Source: Octopus sinensis (taxonomy: Eukaryota). Taken from it: a stretch of 22,821 nucleotides of DNA. The position numbers and the translations under genes were made by a program. Below are positions 9,690-18,230 of the stretch, in pieces (positions within the stretch are counted from its first letter, which is position 1; every line of letters begins with the position of its first letter). The stretch spans positions 1 to 22,821 of the forward strand of contig NW_021836742.1 of the NCBI RefSeq assembly GCF_006345805.1, read 5' to 3'. The notes below the pieces were generated by a model. The model saw only the letters and a list, made by a program, of their open reading frames with translations. It did not search any database and had not been told where the DNA came from.

Positions 9690-9878
9690 CCATGCTTGAC
9701 CGCCGAAATCTGCAAGTGTTTTTCATTCTCTCTCTGTTTGTTTCCTCTTATTCCTTTCTGTTGAAGAGCGTAGGCTCGAAATGTAAGAGACTTTTTCGTT
9801 TTCCCGAGCGTCAAACTAATAAACTTGCTTGTTGTTCATACACCTGTCTTCGTCTTTTGTTTTTCTATAAATTTCAAC
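9690..9878 (+). mobile_element. Hammerhead-bearing ORF-less repeat (related to 17370-17560)
   Basis: Pyrimidine-rich repeat with a hammerhead at 9754 and downstream TTTCCCGAGCGTC..CTAAT, shared with TTTCCCTGAGCGTC..CTAAT at 17485. Confidence 0.55.
9754..9789 (+). ncRNA. Minimal type I hammerhead ribozyme motif (two decay mutations)
   Basis: CTTT-CTGTTGA-A-GAGC(GTAG)GCTC-GAAA-TG-TA-AGAG: perfect 4-bp stem II, GAAA, a GUA site and a 4-bp stem I with one G-U. Core A6 is changed to U, and stem III ATGT is one CpG-type change from the palindrome ACGT. Confidence 0.7.
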
Positions 9879-9920
9879 TGTGTGTGTGTGTGACAGAGAG
9901 TGTGCAGAGAGGGAGAGAGA

Positions 9921-10029
9921 GGTTTTATCCTGCCTGTCAATTGATCTCTTTAATTGTTTGAAAGTTCTCGGATAATATGCCTGGAAGTTAGTTATCATAC
10001 ATTGATCCATTGGCTGGAGCAAAGAAGTT
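9921..10029 (-). pseudogene. Isolated pogo transposase fragment around the third catalytic Asp
   Basis: Aligns at high identity with 6847-6956; translates TSLLQPMDQCMITNFQAYYPRTFKQLKRSIDR. Confidence 0.85.
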
Positions 10030-10032
10030 GTG

Positions 10033-10067
<35 letters not shown>

Positions 10068-10145
10068 AGAGGGAGAGAGAGAAGGGTACATGCATATAAA
10101 CCTAGGTACATACATATTTACAAACATAATATATAAAAGAACACA

Positions 10146-10378
10146 AAGGCGACGTGCTGTCCGAATCGTTAGCACGCCGGGGAAGATACTTAGCAACATT
10201 TCATCCGTTTTTACGCATATGTCTCTACGTTTTGATCTCAAATTCCGCCGAGGCTGGCTTTGTCTTTCATCCTTTCAGAGTAGATAAACTAACTACCAGT
10301 TGAACACTGGCGACAATGTAATTGACTTACCCACTCCTCCGAACTTTTCTGGCGTTGTGCCAAAATTTGAAACCAATA
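10146..10378 (+). mobile_element. SINE family B variant with an alternative 3' tail
   Basis: Head AAGGCGACG..GTTAGCACGCCGG and body CTTTCATCCTTTC are shared with 14786, but it ends CTTACCCACTCCTCC..TGTGCCAAAATTTGAAACC. Confidence 0.75.
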
Positions 10379-10432
10379 TACATTTGTATTGACTCCTGTA
10401 ATTTATCGCTTCATGTGAATCAACAGAAACTA

Positions 10433-10467
<35 letters not shown>

Positions 10468-10469
<2 letters not shown>

Positions 10470-10903
10470 TCTTTACTCTTTTGCTCTTTTACTTGTTTCA
10501 GTGATTTGACTGAGGCCATGCTGGAGCGCCGCCTTTAGTCGAGCAAATCAACCCCAGGACTAATTCTTTGTAAGCCTAGTACTTACTCTATCGGTCTCTT
10601 TTGTCGAACCGCTAAGTTACGGGGACGTAAACACACCAGCATCGGTTGTCAAATGATGTTGAGGGGTCAAACACAGACATACAAACATATACACACCCAC
10701 ATACATATATACATATATACATATATACGACAGGCTTCTTTCAGTTTCCGTCAACCAAATCCACTCACAATGCTTTGGTCAGCCCGAGGCTATTGTAGAC
10801 GACACTTGCCCAACGACACTTGCCCAAGATGCCACGCAGTGAGACCGAACCCGGAACCATGTGGTTCGTAAGCAAACTACTTACCACAGAGCCACTCCTA
10901 CGC
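10468..10903 (-). mobile_element. SINE family A (full length)
   Basis: Reverse complement of the 12867-13282 type, with a (GAGTAAA)-like tail and a small internal tandem duplication GACACTTGCCCAA at about 10800-10828. Confidence 0.9.
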
Positions 10904-10971
<68 letters not shown>

Positions 10972-11639
10972 AGACAGAGGCAGAGAGAGTGAATGATGGA
11001 GAGAATGGTAAGTATAGAGGGAGGGAAACAGATAGAGAAGGCGGGAGATGAGCTGTTTAGATAGATATATTTTTACATCGTAATATTACGTTACAAAATT
11101 ATAGTTTACAATAATGAGTTCTTCAATGAAAGGGTTACCATATATTTTGGTATTGTTATACACTTAATTGAAGAAAGGAAACAAAAGAAATTTAAAAGGT
11201 TTATATTTTTAAACAAGCATGGTTCTTTGTTCTCATACATTGTTAAATGGGATGTAAAGTAACAAAAGATGGTAGATAAATCATGTTTCTATATTTATGT
11301 TCAACTAAAACACAAGGCCAATTATTGACGAGAAAGCGAAACAGTGTATTGAATTAGCATAGTATATTGCTGTTTTTTTTTGTTTTTTGTTTTTTTTTTT
11401 CAATTTATTGTTAGTAATTTAAAGGGTGCTTCTGCTGACGTGCTGACGTCGTAAATTAAACACGCACCGCAAGGACACGGGAATAACGACTTTTAGATAT
11501 TTACTCAGGTACTGTAAATTCCTGCATCATATTATTTTCCGTTTTACCGAAACGCCAACATAGTGTGTGGTTAATAACTTGGACAAAATAAAGTGTATTA
11601 AATACCAAACAATAAAAAAATTCTTGATTTATTGAAATT

Positions 11640-11830
11640 ATCTCCTTGTCTAGAGGATGTATCGTAATAACCAAATGCTAATTAAAACCTACTTGGGATA
11701 ATTTGTAGAAACCTTTATATCAACACTGGCAGCTTTACTAGTTGTTTTTATGCTGTGCAAATTCTAACGCTTCTTAAACTTTTTAAAGCAGCCTTCACTC
11801 GCCGGTTTTTCCTTAGATGTGCTCGCCCTC
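11640..11830 (-). pseudogene. pogo transposase fragment (CENP-B HTH to linker region)
   Basis: 11698-11799 aligns ungapped to 7721-7822 (about 79/102 identical by manual count); translates ASEGCFKKFKKR*NLHSIKTTSKAASVD..NYP. Confidence 0.75.
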
Positions 11831-12077
11831 CTTGGGGAGGGGAGATAATCAAAAGAATCAAATATTCTCCAAAACTGATATGTCATTAAGAAAAATGACA
11901 GGCTACTTGTCTGGAGATAAGAAGACAGTTGTTGACACATGTTTCTTGCTCAAAAGCCATCATCAGCACAGCAATTGTTCAGTATTATTTCCAGTAGACA
12001 TGGGACTTAGAGTTATACAAAAAGTGTAGAACACATTCATGGCCTAGGTAATTTGCATAATTTCAATAAAAATGTTG

Positions 12078-12293
12078 CTGTATCCACTCATTTATTTATT
12101 ATTTTTTGTGTGTTCTAAAAGTTTCCGTTGCTTTTGCGACCATTTCAATTGACGTCGACTCTGTCCGATATCGGAGCTGTGTAACTGCTGTCACCAATAA
12201 CGGACAGAAATGACATCCATTGACGAGGGTGCAAAAGCAACGAAAATTTTTGGAAGACGCCAAAAAAAGTAACTAATAAATGAGTGGAAACTG
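12078..12293. mobile_element. Fold-back element/MITE remnant
   Basis: Terminal inverted TCCACTCATTTATT/AATAAATGAGTGGA and inner inverted CGTTGCTTTTGC/GCAAAAGCAACG and TCTGTCCG/CGGACAGA. No TA duplication visible. Confidence 0.7.
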
Positions 12294-12429
12294 AACCGGT
12301 GAGTGTGTTAAATATATTAAGGCAGTATGACTCTCCCCAGGCACAACAAAATTTGTTTCAACACACGAATTCACATAAAGAATCTTGCAAACCAGATACC
12401 AAAATGAAATAAAAATGAACTTAGGGGAA

Positions 12430-12590
12430 AAGCTCAGAGACGCCAGTAGGTTATCTTTTTCCCGTGTTTGGTTTTTGGGATCTATAACTACTGTACGGCA
12501 CATCGGGCAAGTGGCTCTCACCCCAGTTTCAGATCGGTCAATGCCCTACGTGAGAAACTAAGTCGACAGAAAACATAAGCCCGTCGTATA
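12430..12590 (+). mobile_element. SINE family A, heavily diverged 5' half
   Basis: GGCACATCGGGCAAGTG, GTGAG and AAGCCCGTCGTATA occur in the same order and spacing as in family A. Confidence 0.65.
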
Positions 12591-12698
12591 GAATTGCGTC
12601 ATTGTTATTAATCCGTGCCCCAGTTCAACATCAGTTCCTGGTCCTTAGTTTTTGCCCACTGTTTCGCATACAGTAAACTCTCTTTTATCCGATACTCA

Positions 12699-12775
<77 letters not shown>

Positions 12776-12866
12776 ATTAATAAATAAAATATATGCATAC
12801 ATACATACATATATGTACGTACCTACATCTATATGTATATATACATGCATATATATATATATATAT

Positions 12867-13282
12867 GGCGCAGGAGTGGCTGTGTGGTATGTAGCTTGCT
12901 TACCAACCACATGGTTCCGGGTTCAGTCCCACTGCGTGGCACCTTGGGCAAATGTCTTCTACTATAGCCTCGGGCCGACCAAAGCCTTGTGAGTGGATTT
13001 GGTAGGCGGAAACTGAAAGAAGCCCGTCGTATATATGTATATATATATATATGCGTGTGTGTGTTTGTGTGTCTGTGTTTGTCCCCCTAGCATTGCTTGA
13101 CAACCGATGCTGGTGTGTTTATGTCCCCGTAACTTAGCGGTTCGGCAAAAGAGACCGATAGAATAAGTACTGGGCTTACAAAAGAATAAGTCCCGGGGTC
13201 GAGTTGCTCGATTAAAGGCGGTGCTCCAGCATGGCCGCAGTCAAATGACTGAAACAAGTAAAAGAGTAAAGAGTAAAGAGTA
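12867..13282 (+). mobile_element. SINE family A (best-preserved copy)
   Basis: GGCGCAGGAGTGGCTGTGTGG head, GGTTCAGTCCC B-box, internal (TA)/(TG) repeat and (GAGTAAA)3 tail. Confidence 0.92.
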
Positions 13283-13289
13283 ATATATA

Positions 13290-13675
13290 TATATGAGTAC
13301 AGGACACCACAAATAACCGCAGAACACAACGAGAAACGAAAGCATAAAAACAAACTAGGAAACGGACTTTTTTTAACAACGAAAAAACAGAGTACAAGAC
13401 AAACAATACAAGGAATATTCCCCGTCATCACCTGTCCCTGGTTCGACTCAATGCCTGTTTCGAAGGTAAGAACAGAACACGATCCGGTCGAAGCAGTCCT
13501 TCCTGCAAAAGAATTAAATAAAATTCTTTTGCAGATGGGTAAAACAAGGAAAGAAAAAAAAGTGACAAGAACAGGACGTAAAAACAATACAATAATTTTA
13601 ATATTAATTCTTTTGCAGGAATTTTACATGACTGAGCGCCCTCGGCGTCGTTTCGTTTCTTTTCTCCAAGTAAGT

Positions 13676-13680
<5 letters not shown>
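13290..13680 (-). mobile_element. ORF-less strand-biased repeat with inverted repeats
   Basis: Purine-rich on + like 9340-9640; contains a 17-bp perfect inverted repeat (13501-13517/13604-13620) and a 13-bp hairpin (13503-13534). Family unknown. Confidence 0.4.
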
Positions 13681-13746
<66 letters not shown>

Positions 13747-13820
13747 TATATATATATTTAAAATTAAAAGAAGAAAAAATCCAAGGCTGTGAAAGATTTC
13801 AGAACATTTATAAAGAGAAA

Positions 13821-13869
13821 GTATTACAGTTGTTTCCGGGATATTTTATATATCCCTTCATCGGAGACC
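13821..13869 (-). ncRNA. Minimal type I hammerhead ribozyme motif (CCGAUGA core variant)
   Basis: Minus strand: GGTCT-CCGATGA-A-GGGATAT(ATAAA)ATATCCC-G-GAAA-CAACTG-TA-ATAC. Perfect 7-bp stem II, stem III one base from the palindrome ACAGCTGT, a GUA site, and 3 of 4 stem I pairs. Confidence 0.7.
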
Positions 13870-14242
13870 GTGCGAGAAAATGGTTAAGCAATAGTTATTC
13901 TAGAGAAGATATGAAATAGCGAGTGAAGTGGAGGAATGAAAACAGACGTGAAATATGCAAGGATATTGTATATGCAGTTCCATTATTTAGGTAGAATAGT
14001 ATACATATAAGTTTCTTGTACCTTATGTGTAAGTTCCAATAGTATTTAAAATTGGCCATTCCAAGCATAGAATTTGTAAATCGTATTATTGGATCGAGTG
14101 TTGTTTTGAAGTGACCATGTATATATTTATGTGTGTGTGCGTCTGTGTGTGTGTGTGTGTATGTGTGTGTGTGTGTACGTATGTATGTATGTATGTATGT
14201 GTATGTATGTATGTATGTATGTATACATTTCTATTTTTAAAA

Positions 14243-14300
14243 CCAACGGTGGTACCCCGGAATGACCGCAACTTTAAAGCTGAAGCAAACTTAAGAGTTA
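14243..14300 (+). mobile_element. Diverged SINE A-type 3' tail fragment
   Basis: CGGTGGTACCCCGGAATGACCGCAAC..GCTGAAGCAAAC resembles GGCGGTGCTCCAGCATGGCCGCAGTC..ACTGAAACAAGT; follows a (TG)/(TATG) tract. Confidence 0.5.
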
Positions 14301-14785
14301 TACATATATCATTCAACCACGGTAGTGGTTGAATATATTCTTCAGTCCACCACTTCGTAAATCGCAGCAACTTCCAAGCTTCCCCACTAATTCGGTTTTC
14401 AACGAAATTGCAAACTGTTAAAAGTCTTCAAGAGGACACCTCCTCAGCTACACTTTGGCATAAATAGTTTGAGATTTAGTTCAGAAGAAAAAAAAAAGTT
14501 ACATCAAAATATCTGTGACCTCATGGTGGGGGTGGGCAGTAAGGCACCTATTCACCTTCAATTAAAATAAACTTTTTAATTTTAAAATAAAAGTATATTT
14601 TTCTTATGCTTAAATGATAGAAAAATGTATGAGAAATTCAGAGTCGTTAGTCGCATTGAACAAAAATTAGTAGAAGAAAAGCTATGGGGTGAAATACCAC
14701 AAAATTTCGTGTAAGAGAGTAAGGGAGTAACGCTAATGAATAAAAATATAAAAGAATATATTGCTAAAATGAATGTTCAAGTTCA

Positions 14786-15095
14786 AAGGCGACGAGCTGG
14801 CAGAAACGTTAGCACGCCGGGCGAAATACTTAGCGGTATTTCGTCTGCCGTTACGGTCTGAGTTCAAATTCTGCCGCGGTCGACTTTGCCTTTCATCCTT
14901 TCGGGGTCGATAAATAAAGTACCAGTTGCTTTATTGGGGTCGATGTAATCGACTTAATCCATTTGTCAGTCCTTGTATGTCCTCTCTGTGTTTAGCTCCC
15001 TTTTGGGTAGTAAAGAAATAGGTATTTCTCCTGTGTTTAAGCTTTGAGTTCAAATTCTGCTCAGGTCAACTTTGCTTTTTATCCATTTCGGATCT
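14786..15095 (+). mobile_element. SINE family B, full head plus partial second unit
   Basis: AAGGCGACGAGCTGGCAGAAACGTTAGCACGCCGGGCG head and GAGTTCAAATT B-box. The unit ends GTAAAGAAATA (15020) and restarts at GGTATTTC. Confidence 0.88.
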
Positions 15096-16498
15096 ATTCA
15101 ATTTGACGTATAGATTATTTAATATTTTTTTAACTAAACACTTTGAAACTTCCGATACTAGTACAATATGTCACATACAACAGGGTTTACTCTTAACGTT
15201 TTTGACAAAATTTTATGTTTTAGAAGTTATTTCGCCATAAGTTACAGAGTGGCAATGGACAAATTCGTGTTTGATAAGTGCCAATATACGAAACTCTCAG
15301 GTTTCTAACTTCTCTAACTTCTGCCGATGATATATATGCATATTATACATATATGTGTAAAAAAATCTCATTACGCAATCAAACCAATGAAAGAACCTCT
15401 ACCTGGTCGTTCGACACGCTAAAAATAGCAGCCAATATATCTCCCTTCTCAGTATTTTATAAGGTAAAATATAAGGTTTATAATCTTAAGAATATTACTT
15501 TTAATGTTCGCATTTTTCCATGTAATATAAAAAACAGAGTACAGTAAAGAGCGACATGCAACCAAAATCGGGTATTTATTGCCGGGTAAATGACGAGGTA
15601 TAGCGCATAATTGTATAATGTTTCTAGTACTGTTATGTATTTACTTTGGCACGTCGAGGAAACGTGTGTATATCTCATAAAGCTTTGAACACCACGCCTG
15701 CTTTCTGCTTCTTATTTTATATTTATGAATGTGGTGTGTTGGGAGAGAGAGAGTTTAAATGTATTTTGTAAGGTGCTACGGTAATTTTAAAAAAATGATA
15801 AAATGATAATAGGATATAGGGAAAATTCAATCATCTAGCGACGTTAAGTTATAAAACTTGTTCTTTAAATTATACGCGTAAATTATACGTATTTTTTCTC
15901 CTAAAGATAATACGGATGCACATATAAAATTTTAATGAGCTTTGTAAGGTGCAGAGGTAGTTTATAAACGGCGACCAGATATGCGGAAAATTCAGTTATC
16001 CGACAACCTCCGATCTCATTGATGCCCGAGAAAAGGGAATTTACTTTATTGGGATCAGATCTCAGTCTGATAACTTTGCTTGCTGTTCCCTACTGCAGTA
16101 TTAGACCTATGGGTCCTACTTTCTTCATTTCTTTCCCTGTCAGAGGCCCTGAAACATAATAGACTCATTCTTTTCCAGCTTTGATTAAAGTATTGAAAAC
16201 ACAACGATTACGTCAACTTGGATGATTTTCCTTCCTGGTGGAATGTGGGTTGGTGGGGACTGAATTGATAAATTCATGAAGTGATTCCTACTTCGGCTGA
16301 GAAAATCGACAAAAAAAAAAAGAAACATATTACAAAATCATATTCGCCATCGGTCACTGGGGTTCGAAACTAAATGCAGAAAATCTATTTTATAACAGCG
16401 GTTTTCTACTGTCTCAGACCCTTCTAACGTCTCTCAAAACATAATGGTCGTCTCTTACACACACACAATCACATGTGTATGTGCTCGCGCGCGTATAT

Positions 16499-16760
16499 AG
16501 GCATGAGTAAGTGTTTCAGAAATTTGTCTTGCAATTATGTGGTTTCGTGTTCAGTCCCACTATGTGGCATCTACGACAGGTATCTTCTATTATATTATAT
16601 TATATATTATTATATCATTTATTATATTATATTATTATATTATTTATTATATTATATTATTATATTATATTATGTTATATTATATTATATTATATTATAT
16701 TATATTATAGTCCCCGGACGACCAATGTCTAGTGAGTAAATTTAGTAGAGGAAAACTGTG

Positions 16761-16775
<15 letters not shown>
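16499..16775 (+). mobile_element. Diverged SINE A 5' half interrupted by an (ATATT)n expansion
   Basis: GTTCAGTCCCACTATGTGGCA..TCTTCTATTA, then about 115 bp of (ATATT)n, then ATAGTCCCCGGACGACCAA..GTGAGT resumes the family A sequence. Confidence 0.7.
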
Positions 16776-16801
<26 letters not shown>

Positions 16802-16804
<3 letters not shown>

Positions 16805-16870
16805 ATGGTAAGAAGCTTCCTTCCCAACCACATGGTAACAGATTCAACCCCACAGCGTGGGACCTTGAAG
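16802..16870 (+). mobile_element. SINE A head fragment
   Basis: TGGTAAGAAGCTTCCTTCCCAACCACATGG..GATTCAACCCCACAGCGTGG. Confidence 0.65.
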
Positions 16871-16895
16871 ACGTTTAATTATTTACAATTTTTAC

Positions 16896-17002
16896 AATAT
16901 TGAAATAAACTAGTACTTTCATATGTTACGCAATCATCAACTGACAACTACATAAACCGAATAACTGCGTAACGCATGAAAGTACTAGTTTATTTCAATA
17001 TT
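16896..17002. repeat. Palindromic fold-back (MITE-like)
   Basis: 37-bp arms (16896-16932 and 16966-17002) match at 35/37 with a 33-nt spacer; looser symmetry extends to about 16882-17023. Confidence 0.9.
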
Positions 17003-17132
17003 ATAAAATAGCAAAATTGTAAAATTTGCAAATAACAAAACGTGAAAATCAGACTAAGTTGGAATTTCATTGATTAATTATTCTTCTATACATAATCATA
17101 ATCTATATATATATTATATATATATATATATA

Positions 17133-17172
<40 letters not shown>

Positions 17173-17174
<2 letters not shown>

Positions 17175-17320
17175 CGTGAATTCTTTCAGTTTCCGTCTAC
17201 CAAATCCACAATTGATTTTCGTCGGCCAAGGCTATAGTAAAAGACATCTGCCCACGGTCCCAGCTATGGGACTGAATCCGGTACCATGTGGTTGGGAAAC
17301 AAGCTTCTTACCAAACACAC
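17173..17320 (-). mobile_element. SINE family A 5' half
   Basis: TTTCAGTTTCCGTCTACCAAATCCAC..GGCTATAGTA..ACCATGTGGTTGG..AGCTTCTTACC. Confidence 0.8.
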
Positions 17321-17369
17321 ACACACACGCATACATGTCTATCAATCTATATTTATATCTAAATGTAAC

Positions 17370-17560
17370 CACATGTGAATCGCTGGGGATTTCTTTTCCT
17401 CCGTCTTCCTTTTCTCTTGGACTTTCCTCTGTCTCCTGTTTCCGAAGAGGAGCTTTACTCGAAACTTAAAACCACCTTTCTTTCTTTCCCTGAGCGTCTG
17501 CTAATGCTTTGCATGTACCACGTCCTCGCGTTGTTTTTTTCCTTTTATTTGTTCTTCGTT
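17370..17560 (+). mobile_element. Hammerhead-bearing ORF-less repeat (related to 9690-9878)
   Basis: Pyrimidine-rich; hammerhead at 17438; shares the downstream motif with the 9690 element. Confidence 0.55.
17438..17472 (+). ncRNA. Minimal type I hammerhead ribozyme motif (CCGAAGA core variant)
   Basis: GTTT-CCGAAGA-G-GAGC(TTT)ACTC-GAAA-CT-TA-AAAC: perfect 4-bp stem I, 3 of 4 stem II pairs, GAAA, and stem III ACTT one base from ACGT. Confidence 0.65.
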
Positions 17561-17669
17561 TTTTATTTTTACTATATATACATACCACACACGTACATAC
17601 GCACACACACACATATGTAGATATGTATATTTTCTACACACATACACACATACACACGCGTGTGTGTGT

Positions 17670-17765
17670 GTGCTTGACATCCGGTGTTGAAGTTCTTACG
17701 ATATTGTAACTTAGCGGTTCAATAAACCAGCCGATAGAATAAGTACCAGAATTTAATAAAAAAAA
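17670..17765 (+). mobile_element. SINE A 3' fragment
   Basis: GCTTGACA..GTAACTTAGCGGTTC..CCGATAGAATAAGTACC. Confidence 0.7.
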
Positions 17766-17811
17766 CAAAAAAAAAGATGGAAAAGAAGAAGAAAAAGAAA
17801 AAGCTACTTCC

Positions 17812-18230
17812 TAAACATAATGATCCAGGTTTGGTGCATCTGCGTGACCCACTGGGTAGCTATCTTCTACTATAGTCTCGGGTTGACTTTTAAGTGGATT
17901 TGGTAGACGGAAACTGAAAGAAGCCCCTCGTCTATATGAGTGTGCGCGCGAGAGTGCTTGCATGTTCTTGTGAATATGTGTGCCTGTGTGTGTGCACGCG
18001 CGTATGTGTATGTGACTTTGTTCTTTATGTTTGTCTCCCACCAACGCTTGATCACCGATGTTGGTTTGTTTACGTCCCCATAAATTAGCGGCACGGCAAA
18101 AATACACATAGAATAACAACCGTGCTTTACAAAAAAGAAAAAAAGTATTGGTGTGATTCGTTCGACTACAACCATTCAAGATCGTGCCCCAGCTTGGCTG
18201 CAGTCGAATGACAGAAACAAAAGATTAAAG
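17812..18230 (+). mobile_element. SINE family A (diverged, partial head)
   Basis: TCTTCTACTATAGTCTCGGG..GTGGATTTGGTAGACGGAAACTGAAAGAAGCCC, internal TG-rich repeat and 3' CCCCAGCTTGGCTGCAGTC. Confidence 0.8.

Noticed and set aside
11325-11351. TTGACGA..GAAA-CAGTG-TA hammerhead-like order
   Set aside because: Stem II is 1 bp, the core is altered and stem I does not pair; compatible with chance.
12470-12570. RING-finger-like peptide IDR..RATCPMCR in ORF 12273..12521
   Set aside because: It is the antisense of a diverged SINE A body; other copies give the same TCPRCHA/KCHA peptides in the ORF track.
13400-13436. Hammerhead on minus (GGTGATGA-C-GGGGAATATTCC)
   Set aside because: The core is altered and no GAAA, stem III or cleavage triplet follows; at most a remnant.
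16030-16300. Exon-like signals (strong minus-strand acceptor near 16297-16320, AATAAA near 16045)
   Set aside because: The candidate frames close quickly and phases do not join; no recognisable protein.
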